A DNA stretch of 43,923 bases from a virus (lineage: Duplodnaviria; Caudoviricetes), in the IMG/VR virus record IMGVR_UViG_3300025621_001497, positions 1 to 43,923 of that record. One strand, written 5' to 3'. The notes beneath the pieces were generated by a model. The model ran no database searches. It worked only from the letters and a program-made list of their open reading frames with translations, and was not told the DNA's origin. The position numbers were made by a program, and so were the translations under genes. How positions within the stretch are numbered: position 1 is the first letter of the stretch; each line of letters starts with the position of its first letter. This document shows, in pieces, positions 1-8,306 of this stretch.

Positions 1-1365
1 ATGAGCCTGAGTGATTACTTCAAAGGACCAGCTCACAGGCAGCGCGCTGAACAACTTGAACAGCAGCTGACTAAACTTCAAGGCGAACTCGATCAAGTCA
101 AAGCGCTAGCGCAGAAGTTCGGCGCAATGGATGCACTGCAAATCCAACACGAAATCGAACGCGAGAACCAAAGACTGCAGACCCTACGCTCAACTGCAAA
201 GAGCGCCGAGAACAACATCGCTGAACTCGCCCAGCGATCCAACCAGCTGCTTGACCAGATACTGGTACTGGAAGAGACGATACTTCTAGAAAGCTTTGCG
301 CTCTACGAACCCAAGTTCAAGATGAGTTCAAGTACCGACTACAAGACCCGCCTTGCTGCAGTCCGCGAGCGGCAGAAAGAGATGATAAAAAGAGGAGAAG
401 CTGCAACGGGGAACATGGGCTGGGAGGTTAACGGGAGCAAGGCTGAAGGTCGAAAACTCGTCAATGACATGATCAAGCTGGTCATCCGCTCCTTTAACAA
501 CGAAGCCGACTACTGCGTTGATAACGTAAAGTTCGACAACATTGAGTTGGGCGAAAAACGCATCCTCAAATCCTTCGAAACCTGTAACCGCCTCGGCCGG
601 GTGATGACTGTCGAGCTTTCGAGCAAGTACCTAAAGCTCAAGCTTGACGAACTGCACCTTTCACATGAGTTCCAGATCAAAAAGCAGGAAGAGAAGGAGG
701 AAGCTAAGCGTGTTCGTGAAGAACTGCGCGAGCAGCAAAAGCTTGAGCAGGAAATCCGAGCTGCGCGGGATAAGATCGCCAAAGAGCGCAAACACTTCAC
801 TAACGCGCTCAAAGACCTCCAAGCGCGACTCGATAAAGCCACCGATGAAGAAGAACGCGCAACTCTATTAGCTAAAGTGGCGGAAGTCGAAGCTGGCAAA
901 GCCGAGCTAGAGAGTGAAGAGAAGCTCATAGACTACCGCGAGCAGAATGCCAAAGCAGGCTACGTTTACGTGATCTCGAACTTGGGCGCTTTTGGCGAAG
1001 GGGTTTACAAAATCGGCATGACCCGGCGCCTTGAACCAATGGAGCGCGTCGACGAATTGGGTGATGCATCAGTACCGTTCTGGTTTGATGTTCACGCTAT
1101 GGTCTTTTCAGATAACGCACCTGGCCTGGAAGCAAAACTACACGAGCGCTTCGCCGCTGGGCGCCTGAATAAGGTGAACGGCCGCAAAGAGTTCTTCAGA
1201 GCCGATATTGCTGAAATTGAGGCTGTGATTCGTGAAAACTATGACGCAGCAGTTGAAGTCGTCCATGAGGCCTCTGCAGAGCAATACCGTGAGAGCTTAC
1301 GCATGGCCATGCCTGCACCCTCTATACAGCAATCGGAACACGTTGCCGCTTTGAGCTTGAACTGA
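1..1365 (+). CDS. DUF4041 / T5orf172 (Mug113, GIY-YIG-like) domain coiled-coil protein; accessory gene
   Basis: Long coiled-coil N-terminus; C-terminal AGYVYVISN..G..KIGMTRR.EP..RV.ELGDASVPF.FDVHA and KEFF motifs typical of T5orf172 domains. Confidence 0.8.
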   Translation: MSLSDYFKGPAHRQRAEQLEQQLTKLQGELDQVKALAQKFGAMDALQIQHEIERENQRLQTLRSTAKSAENNIAELAQRSNQLLDQILVLEETILLESFALYEPKFKMSSSTDYKTRLAAVRERQKEMIKRGEAATGNMGWEVNGSKAEGRKLVNDMIKLVIRSFNNEADYCVDNVKFDNIELGEKRILKSFETCNRLGRVMTVELSSKYLKLKLDELHLSHEFQIKKQEEKEEAKRVREELREQQKLEQEIRAARDKIAKERKHFTNALKDLQARLDKATDEEERATLLAKVAEVEAGKAELESEEKLIDYREQNAKAGYVYVISNLGAFGEGVYKIGMTRRLEPMERVDELGDASVPFWFDVHAMVFSDNAPGLEAKLHERFAAGRLNKVNGRKEFFRADIAEIEAVIRENYDAAVEVVHEASAEQYRESLRMAMPAPSIQQSEHVAALSLN

Positions 1366-1381
1366 CCTACCCTTCATTGAT

Positions 1382-1411
1382 CCACCGCCCTTTCGCTGAA
1401 TCGGGCGGCGG
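1382..1411. terminator. Hairpin between convergent genes
   Basis: CCACCGCCC...GGGCGGCGG imperfect inverted repeat between two convergent stops; no clear U-tract. Confidence 0.35.
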
Positions 1412-1425
1412 GGCTTACACAGCGA

Positions 1426-1596
1426 CTAGACCTTCCAAACCTGTTTAGCCTTTTCAAACCCCACCCACTTGCCATCCCGATCCAGCCCGCGCCCCACCAT
1501 CAGCTGCGCTGCAATCGCTTGGGTATCAACCTCACCCTTTGCCATGGCATTCAGCAGTTCGGTGGGCAGGGGTTGGAGGTGCTCGAGCAGGTTCAT
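1426..1596 (-). CDS. Small hypothetical phage protein (56 aa)
   Basis: MNLLEHLQPLP...GLDRDGKWVGFEKAKQVWKV; AAGGA SD before ATG at 1596. Confidence 0.7.
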   Translation of the reverse strand: MNLLEHLQPLPTELLNAMAKGEVDTQAIAAQLMVGRGLDRDGKWVGFEKAKQVWKV

Positions 1597-1661
1597 TGTC
1601 GATTCCTTTATGGTTTCCGTTGGCACCAGTAACGCTCTGGTACCGAGGCATAGCAAGCGAA

Positions 1662-2465
1662 TCAGACGCCATCAAACAGGCCTCCGAGCGAAGCCGGCAC
1701 CCAATTCATAATCACCAACTCGCCCGTGGTTTCAGCCACGCCCTGGCGCTGGTTGGTGCAGCTGTAGCGGATATCGAGCTGCTCCATATGGAAGCCATCG
1801 AACGCCCGGCGGATATCGTGGTGGTCGTTGATGCTGACCATCACCTTGCCTTTGCAGCGCCGCATGAAGTCGGCCATGCGCTCGTAGTTCTCATACGGGA
1901 AGTCGACGCCATAGCCGGCTGTCTGCCAGTACGGAGGGTCCATGTAGTGGAAGGTGTGCGCTCGATCATAGCGTTCGGCGCACTCAAGCCACGGCAGGTT
2001 CTCCACATACACACCGGCCAGGCGCTGCCAGGCGGCGGATAGGTTCTCTTCGATGCGCATGATGTTCGGCGCCGGGCCTGTCGTCGCGGTACCGAAGGTT
2101 TGCCCGCTGACCTTGCCACCGAAGGCATGGTGCTGCAGGTAGAAGAACCGGGCAGCGCGCTGGATGTCAGTCAGGGTTTCCGGGCGGGTGATCTTCTGCC
2201 ACTCGAACAGCTGCCGGCTGGAGAGCGCCCACTTGAATTGCCGCACGAACTCCTCGACGTGGTTCTGCACCACTCGGTACAGCGACACCAGGTCGCCGTT
2301 GATGTCGTTCAACACTTCCACGGGCGCCGGCTGCGGCCGCATGAAGAACAGCGCAGCACCGCCGGCAAAGACTTCGACGTAACATTCGTGGGGAGGAAAG
2401 AGCGGGATAAGACGGTCGGCCAGGCGGCGTTTGCCACCCATCCAAGGGATGATAGGACTGGTCAT
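1662..2465 (-). CDS. DNA adenine methyltransferase (Dam/D12 class)
   Basis: PIIPWMGGKRRL, YVEVFAGGAA (motif I), LNDINGDL, YMDPPY (motif IV); start taken at MTSPII. Confidence 0.92.
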   Translation of the reverse strand: MTSPIIPWMGGKRRLADRLIPLFPPHECYVEVFAGGAALFFMRPQPAPVEVLNDINGDLVSLYRVVQNHVEEFVRQFKWALSSRQLFEWQKITRPETLTDIQRAARFFYLQHHAFGGKVSGQTFGTATTGPAPNIMRIEENLSAAWQRLAGVYVENLPWLECAERYDRAHTFHYMDPPYWQTAGYGVDFPYENYERMADFMRRCKGKVMVSINDHHDIRRAFDGFHMEQLDIRYSCTNQRQGVAETTGELVIMNWVPASLGGLFDGV

Positions 2466-2481
2466 AGAATGCAAACCTTTA

Positions 2482-2497
2482 CTGTATAAATAAACAA
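2482..2497. promoter_or_regulatory. Near-consensus LexA (SOS) box
   Basis: CTGTATAAATAAACAA versus gammaproteobacterial consensus CTGT-N8-ACAG (one mismatch), 16 bp upstream of the methylase ATG. Confidence 0.55.
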
Positions 2498-2511
2498 GTT
2501 CTAGGCTCTCC

Positions 2512-2616
2512 CCCGCTTCGTGCACGGAGTGGGAGCCTTGGCTTGGCTTGCAGGAATGGCTGCGGGTCGAGTGGCCTGCCCGGGTGCTGTAACACCTGAG
2601 CGGGTCGCTCTTTTTT
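2512..2616 (+). ncRNA. Candidate small RNA (three hairpins plus U6 terminator) antisense to the methylase leader
   Basis: Stems 2512-2533, 2547-2566 and 2569-2610 followed by TTTTTT; many G-U pairs that only form on the + strand; TTTACT-18-TAGGCT promoter-like element upstream. Confidence 0.5.
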
Positions 2617-2754
2617 GCGCACAAATTTGCAACGCGGCTAGTTATGTTGAGCAACCGTGGCGAGGCATGTGCTTAATAGCAGGAGTGACGCTCAAGGGAG
2701 GGCTAGGACTACCCTTCCCAGGTGCGGTTTTGACAAACATTTACAGGGATAACT

Positions 2755-3537
2755 ATGTTCTGGAGCAGAAACAAGACAGTACGAGTAGAGCTAACGAACC
2801 CACTATCCATATCGGTATTGGTTTCAGGGGTCGATCAAACTCAAGCACAACCGGCCGTGCCTGAACCTCCAACTTTTGATATCGGACTAGCGATAAAGCT
2901 CACCAGTCTGATGATTATTGTTGCACAGGGCGCATTGCTTATATATGGCTATTCGGTGCTGGTAGGTAACTATGATTTCTACGGCATCGATATCAACGAA
3001 CTAGAAATCGGCAAACCCACACTTTTGCTGTACGGGTATATCTATGCCCTTTCAACCATATTCAAAGCAAGTGAAGGCGTACCTTATGCGGGTACTGCGG
3101 CGTTGCTAATGTTGTGCTTGCTCATAAGCGCGGTTTTTGTTTTCGCGTTGGTTGGTAAGGCTAAGGCCAGTATACGGGCTAGCGTTCTGTTCTCGCTTTT
3201 CATACCTTTAATCTTCATATCCATCACCCCAGCACAAGGCATTAGCCTTGGCTTAGATATCGGGCAAGCAGATCTAAAGAAATTCATTGGGAGCGACCAA
3301 GGTGGAACGTACAAGGCAGAACAAAGGATTACCACTGCAGACAATAAAACCCTCGTGGGGAAACTTATCTTAGCGGATACCCGTATCACCTTTTTGCTAA
3401 CCAAAACCACGGTGGACAATAGCTGTGCGCCGACGTTGACGATTTACAAACTCAGTAATGCCAATAATAAAGTACTGAGAGAAACGGTGCTCACTCTCCA
3501 GGCAGATGATGCTCATCCCGCGCCAAAGGGCTGCTGA
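2755..3537 (+). CDS. Multi-pass membrane protein, moron
   Basis: About four hydrophobic segments, AT-richer, opposite to the late operon; 3' end overlaps Rz by 47 bp. Confidence 0.7.
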   Translation: MFWSRNKTVRVELTNPLSISVLVSGVDQTQAQPAVPEPPTFDIGLAIKLTSLMIIVAQGALLIYGYSVLVGNYDFYGIDINELEIGKPTLLLYGYIYALSTIFKASEGVPYAGTAALLMLCLLISAVFVFALVGKAKASIRASVLFSLFIPLIFISITPAQGISLGLDIGQADLKKFIGSDQGGTYKAEQRITTADNKTLVGKLILADTRITFLLTKTTVDNSCAPTLTIYKLSNANNKVLRETVLTLQADDAHPAPKGC

Positions 3538-4096
3538 CGGCACGCGCATATGCTTGGCAAGCAGCCAAGGCTATCACTCCTGCATCTCCATCATTGGTGA
3601 TCCCGATAATTCGTTGAGCATGCGCAGGGTCAAGTTCGGCTCTCGGGGCTCCATAAACCAAACCTCCGGCAACGGCGGTGGAAGGCACTCCACAGTGCTG
3701 ACCTGCACCGGTCTTGTCGAGTAAGAATGACAGCCGTAGGTCAGCAGTAGCAAGACGATCAAGCAGACGCTTAGTAACGTTTTTTGCATCAGTCAACTTC
3801 CTATGGTGGATTTCTGAGTCAGCTTGCAGTGCGACTTCGAGTTTCAGTCGCTTGTCGTGCTCGCTCCTTTGCTGCGCAGCTGCTGCACGCTGGATTTCGG
3901 TAAGGGTGTCGGCATGAAGTTTGTCGCGGCTGGCAAGTTGCTGCTCAAACCCCCGGCCCTGACGCTGTAATTGCTCGCCGTAGCGGTAAGCCTGGAACTG
4001 AGCGGCAGTACCAGCTGCCAGGGCCATCAGCACAGCTATGGCAAGACCAATTGCGAGCAGTCGATATTGCGTGGGGATTAGGCTGTAGATATTCAT
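3491..4096 (-). CDS. Rz-like inner-membrane spanin
   Basis: N-terminal TM, coiled coil, RAELDPAHAQRII...IALAACQAY C-terminus; directly downstream of endolysin with ATGA overlap. Confidence 0.88.
   Translation of the reverse strand: MNIYSLIPTQYRLLAIGLAIAVLMALAAGTAAQFQAYRYGEQLQRQGRGFEQQLASRDKLHADTLTEIQRAAAAQQRSEHDKRLKLEVALQADSEIHHRKLTDAKNVTKRLLDRLATADLRLSFLLDKTGAGQHCGVPSTAVAGGLVYGAPRAELDPAHAQRIIGITNDGDAGVIALAACQAYARAVSSPLARDEHHLPGE
3574..3789 (-). CDS. Rz1-like outer-membrane spanin lipoprotein embedded in Rz
   Basis: Signal peptide ending LTYGC, Pro-rich CLPPPLPEVWFMEPREP, fully nested in Rz in another frame. Confidence 0.8.
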   Translation of the reverse strand: MQKTLLSVCLIVLLLLTYGCHSYSTRPVQVSTVECLPPPLPEVWFMEPREPNLTLRMLNELSGSPMMEMQE

Positions 4097-4644
4097 TCAA
4101 TCACCTCATGCGCTCGCACCCACAGCTCACGGCGTTCTTTTAGGCCATTAACGCCGCCATTAATCGCCTTGGTGATCTCGGTGAATCGGCCCTGATCGGC
4201 CAGAGTGTTCAGCTCCTTGACCCACCAAAACCAGCCGGCCGACTGCGCCGCCCACTCGGGCTGCTCCAGCAGCTGCGGTTCACGCAACAAGCGGTCATCG
4301 CCGAACAACGCGGCACTGCACTTGCCGTAGTTGTAGCGGCCGGTGATCTGGATCAGCCCGCGCCCGCGATAATTCTGGCCATCGCCATCGGCCTCGGGCG
4401 TGTTGCCCAGGCGCTCGGCCAGCGGCCCGGTGTCGTACTTGGCAAGGTAGGCGTTGTTGCCCAGCTCGCGCGTCCACTGCAGTTGGCCGGACTCATGCCC
4501 GATCTGAGCGAGGAACGCGGCCATCCGCTTGGGTGTATCGAACTGCCAGCGCTTGGCGGCGGCGTTGATTGCAGGTACAAAAACGCCCGCAGATCGGCGG
4601 GCGTTGGGCATGATGTTCAGCAACTGCTGCTCAGTGATCTGCAT
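4093..4644 (-). CDS. Endolysin, glycoside hydrolase family 19
   Basis: AAFLAQIGHESG, YRGRGLIQITGRYNY, SAGWFW, INGG.NGL..R motifs; GGAG SD before MQITEQQL. Confidence 0.93.
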   Translation of the reverse strand: MQITEQQLLNIMPNARRSAGVFVPAINAAAKRWQFDTPKRMAAFLAQIGHESGQLQWTRELGNNAYLAKYDTGPLAERLGNTPEADGDGQNYRGRGLIQITGRYNYGKCSAALFGDDRLLREPQLLEQPEWAAQSAGWFWWVKELNTLADQGRFTEITKAINGGVNGLKERRELWVRAHEVIE

Positions 4645-4659
4645 ACTTTTCTCCGGGCA

Positions 4660-4685
4660 CAAAAAAGCCCGCGTGCTGCGGGCTT
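4660..4685 (-). terminator. Intrinsic terminator upstream of the endolysin
   Basis: AAGCCCGC/GCGGGCTT stem followed by a U-run on the - strand. Confidence 0.7.
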
Positions 4686-4732
4686 GGTGGTTGGTTATGA
4701 TCGCCATCCAAACAACGAGGGAGACAGTTGGA

Positions 4733-5296
4733 ATGGAATCGATAGTGGATTATGTGGTGTATGTGATCCCCGAAGCGGCAAGCAGCCTTAGCGAAATTTC
4801 AAACGTTCTGGCAGCTATTGCATCACTTGCCTCAGTTCTTATTGCTTGCTTTGCCCTGAGGTTTAGCAATAAGCAAATCAAAATGCATGAACAACACAAC
4901 AGATTGATGGCAACACCTCATCTATCTGGTTGGAATCATATTGATGGTGATACCGGCACGTATATTTTCACACTTGAAAACAACGGGCTTGGCCCCGCAA
5001 TTGTTCGTGAGATCAATTTGCTGGTAGACGGCAAGCCTCTAGAAGGCGAAGGGCCTGAGCTAATTGACGCGGCCATAAAGACGATGTTTGACATTACGGC
5101 TGTCAACTACGGCGTAGAAATGTTTAATACCGGAGAGTTCATTTCCGCCGGCAAAAAATTCGATGTCTTTACGATAATCGTCCAAGGCAAAAGCGCCGAA
5201 GACACACGCAATCTCGCCGCAGAAAGAGCGCGCCTACTGATCAAATATGACAGCATCTTAGGCGACTCATATCATTTCGACTCGGACAAAGATTAA
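4733..5296 (+). CDS. Hypothetical protein with N-terminal TM, moron
   Basis: TM NVLAAIASLASVLIACFAL, later LENNGLGPA motif common in moron proteins; GAGGGAG SD upstream. Confidence 0.75.
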   Translation: MESIVDYVVYVIPEAASSLSEISNVLAAIASLASVLIACFALRFSNKQIKMHEQHNRLMATPHLSGWNHIDGDTGTYIFTLENNGLGPAIVREINLLVDGKPLEGEGPELIDAAIKTMFDITAVNYGVEMFNTGEFISAGKKFDVFTIIVQGKSAEDTRNLAAERARLLIKYDSILGDSYHFDSDKD

Positions 5297-5442
5297 ACAT
5301 CCACATCATAGTGCGGCAGGCATGGCGCCGGGCCGGTGATCACACCATCGGCGATCTGAGCCTTGCCGCTCACAAGCACATCAACACCTCGCACTGTCAC
5401 CCGCGTGCCGTTCCGCAGCTCCACCTCACGGATACCAGCACT
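5293..5442 (-). pseudogene. Relic copy of the 3' 50 codons of the last tail gene (direct repeat of 6307-6456)
   Basis: 150-bp ungapped alignment, 17 mismatches by hand count; translates ...GPAPCLPHYDVDV* versus ...GPAPSLPYYDVDV*. Confidence 0.9.
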
Positions 5443-5644
5443 CGTGAGTTAAATCGAAACCCAAACAACACGCCCTAAGCAGGGTGTATTGGATAAAGCA
5501 ACTTGCTTTGTTGCAAAAGAGGCCGACGCAAAACCGCATGGAAAGCGGACTTGGCAGTTGGTGAATTTATCCGGTCTCGTCTAGATTGATTAATGCCAAG
5601 TGGCAAACCGCCACTACCGCACCAAACAACATGGAGAAGTTAAA

Positions 5645-5881
5645 ATGCTGCGATATCTGATTGTTTTACTTCTGGCGGCCTCATCCGGTTATGCACTGGC
5701 GGCGCCAGCCTGGCGAGACGCTGCTACTGGGGTCTGGTACAACGACCGTTGCCGCGCCATTCACGACCCAAACCTCTATTGGATATATTCAGGGAACTGG
5801 ATGCCCGTCGGCGCTCCTTGCTCCTTACCTCCACCAGGCCCAGGGATGCCCCCAATTCCCGGGCGCGTAGCATCCGACTAA
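5645..5881 (+). CDS. Small secreted/periplasmic protein (78 aa), moron
   Basis: GGAG SD, signal peptide MLRYLIVLLLAASSGYALA, two Cys, Pro-rich tail. Confidence 0.7.
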   Translation: MLRYLIVLLLAASSGYALAAPAWRDAATGVWYNDRCRAIHDPNLYWIYSGNWMPVGAPCSLPPPGPGMPPIPGRVASD

Positions 5882-5944
5882 CCATCCCATACGCTCAACT
5901 CGTCGCAACGAGAGCAGCTGCATAGCACCGCCCAAACACGCAAC

Positions 5945-5968
5945 AAAAAGCCCGCACTTAGCGGGCTT
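5945..5968. terminator. Intrinsic terminator-like hairpin
   Basis: AAGCCCGC-ACTTA-GCGGGCTT with U-run on the - strand. Confidence 0.6.
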
Positions 5969-6306
5969 GCTTGCCTTAACGTTACAAGGCCACGACTGGC
6001 GCAACGGCATCCGGCATACAGACGGGAAGCTCAATAACTTCAAACCCGAGAGGGATAGTGTCCAGGCCATGGTTGTAGCCGATGTACCAAAAAACGCTAG
6101 CGAAGATGGTGGTGCACGGATAGAAGATAACGCGGGGAATGGTGAGCACGGACATAATAGGCAAACTCCTTTTGCACAGGTGCCTAGGAGCGTAGCGCGC
6201 CAATCCGGATATTCCAGCTCTCGGCAACCCAACGGCATTGCACGCCGCGTGATATCAGAATCCGCCGTAAAGAGCTGCTAGCTCACGAGCTAAGATAGAT
6301 GCGGCA

Positions 6307-6543
6307 TTAAACATCCACGTCATAGTACGGCAGGCTCGGCGCCGGCCCGGTGATTACCCCATCGGCGATGTAAGCCTTGCCGCTCACAGGCACATCAACA
6401 CCCCGCACAGTCACCCGCGTGCCGGTACGCAGCTCTACCTCACTGATACCGGCACTGCTGTTGATGCTGATAACCTCGGCCACCGTGCGCACCCCGCCAG
6501 GCAGTAGGCCGATAAAGCGCTTCCAGGGATTAACGGTCGCCAT
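6307..6543 (-). CDS. Small tail-module protein (78 aa)
   Basis: MATVNPWKRFIGLLP; TAATG overlap with the upstream tail gene. Confidence 0.75.
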   Translation of the reverse strand: MATVNPWKRFIGLLPGGVRTVAEVISINSSAGISEVELRTGTRVTVRGVDVPVSGKAYIADGVITGPAPSLPYYDVDV

Positions 6544-8306
6544 TAGAAGTGCCTCTCTAGTTTGAGCTGCTGATCTACCCGCGCGGCACCCGTGCCGGTG
6601 GCGCTGATATCTACTGCTAGGCACAGCCCCTCCCAGGCGCCACTTTCCTCAGGCACTCGGCAGAGCTGAGCTGGCAACACCAAGCCAACGCCATGGTCAT
6701 CCGTGAACGGGAATAGCGGAATAGAGATCCCGACAATCTCCGTATTGCCGCCCTTGCTCAGCTCATGCACACCGCGTGCTCGGTTGGCCTCCTCACCGGT
6801 GATCCAGTCATCGAACACATCCGGTGCCGGGTTATCGCCCGCAGTGCCAGCACGCCGCACAAGCATAGAAACACCGTGGCTGGTGCCCGACACATAGCAG
6901 GCGTTCCAGGCTGGCTGCGGTGTCCACTCACCACCGAGGGCAGTCATCATCGCGGGCGGAATGATGCGATCAATGGGGGCGTCTACCTGCCCCCACTCCC
7001 AAGGCGGCACCGGGTAGCGCGGCCGCACCTCAAGTTCATCCGTGGCGCGCGCGGGCCGCACAACCGCACCGACTGTTTCGGCAATGCGGGCAATCACCTG
7101 CATAGCCGTTTGGCTTTGATAGCTCAGCGCGCCGGCCGGGAAGGTCCAGTCAGCAGGCCCCACCGTTTCAGCATTCCAAACCAGGCTAAAGCCGGTGTAC
7201 AGCAGTTGCTCAGTTGCCGCCTGCAGCGCAGTGATGGGGGCGGCGTTCAGCCCGGTGCGCAACGGCGCATAAGGCCCAGCCAGCAGCTGAGTGCGCGTGG
7301 CGCCCTTGATGCTGTAGGCCTCGGTCGGGAACTTGAGTTGCCGGCTGTAGCCCTCCACCAGCAACACCCACTTCCAGCCGTTGATATCCAGCTCGATCTC
7401 TTTGGCACCATCCTCATCAGGCGCCACCAGGTCGAGCGCCGCCTTGGTGAAAATGTCCGTGCTGAACTTCCAGCTGAAGCTGTCGGCATCTAGACCGATG
7501 CGCACGTTCTTCGCCTCAATCGGCGTGCGCGACGGCAGCACCACCAGGTTCACGGTATTGGCAATCATGTAGGTATCCAGAATGGTTGGATCAGCAGGCG
7601 GCTCGGGTAACGGCTTGACCGGGCCGGGGTAGTCCACATAGGGCAGCCCGGTTAACGCTCCATCCAGCACCCGTGCCTTGCCCCACGGCATGCGCGCCTG
7701 CAGGTTGAGCCGGCGAGCATCCTGCCAGCGCACACCACTGCCGCTGTCCACCGGTTGAATGCGTGGCGTGGCTGGCGTGTACTGGAAGTTGAAGAACACC
7801 AGCGGCGAGGTTGGAGGGAAGTACGGCCTGCCGCCGAAGTTGAACGACAACGGGCCATTACCTGGCACATACAAGCTGGCCTGCACCGCCGCCGCCGCGT
7901 CATAGCGCGGGCCGAAGGCATTCACCCGGCGGCTGGGGCTGGCCACAAGGACATCCTTCTTAGCTGGCATCGGGTTGTAGATCAGCACCAGGCGCACGTC
8001 ACGCGGGCGGATCGAGCGATCCCACCGCCCAGCAACATCGCAATCCTTGGCCGGCACATCTTTCCACGGCCCAACCGCAGCAGCGTCCGCCCCAACGGCG
8101 CCTCCCCAGGCACCGGCCGCCAACAGATCCTTGCCGGCAAGCTCATCCCAGGGCAGCGTCGCTGCCACCTCGTGCCCCACCGCGCGCCGCCAAGCTGCCT
8201 GGGCTTCAAGCCCCAGCGGCACGGTGCTGCCCCACTGCGCAACAGACGGGCGCGGGTTAACCGGACGCGCTGTAGACCAGCCGCCCCCCACTTCGATTGA
8301 GAGCAT
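6543..8306 (-). CDS. Tail tip / hub-like structural protein
   Basis: 587 aa, translationally coupled in the tail operon, Trp/Pro-rich N-terminus; function inferred from position. Confidence 0.7.
   Translation of the reverse strand: MLSIEVGGGWSTARPVNPRPSVAQWGSTVPLGLEAQAAWRRAVGHEVAATLPWDELAGKDLLAAGAWGGAVGADAAAVGPWKDVPAKDCDVAGRWDRSIRPRDVRLVLIYNPMPAKKDVLVASPSRRVNAFGPRYDAAAAVQASLYVPGNGPLSFNFGGRPYFPPTSPLVFFNFQYTPATPRIQPVDSGSGVRWQDARRLNLQARMPWGKARVLDGALTGLPYVDYPGPVKPLPEPPADPTILDTYMIANTVNLVVLPSRTPIEAKNVRIGLDADSFSWKFSTDIFTKAALDLVAPDEDGAKEIELDINGWKWVLLVEGYSRQLKFPTEAYSIKGATRTQLLAGPYAPLRTGLNAAPITALQAATEQLLYTGFSLVWNAETVGPADWTFPAGALSYQSQTAMQVIARIAETVGAVVRPARATDELEVRPRYPVPPWEWGQVDAPIDRIIPPAMMTALGGEWTPQPAWNACYVSGTSHGVSMLVRRAGTAGDNPAPDVFDDWITGEEANRARGVHELSKGGNTEIVGISIPLFPFTDDHGVGLVLPAQLCRVPEESGAWEGLCLAVDISATGTGAARVDQQLKLERHF

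Noticed and set aside
2466-2654. Com-like zinc-finger regulator upstream of the methylase
   Set aside because: No paired CxxC motifs found in the upstream open frame
5967-6281. Overlapping 104-aa (+) and 81-aa (-) ORFs
   Set aside because: No convincing SD or motif; I cannot tell which, if either, is real
5293-6456. Diversity-generating retroelement TR/VR pair
   Set aside because: Mismatches are not adenine-specific on either strand and no reverse transcriptase is present in the window
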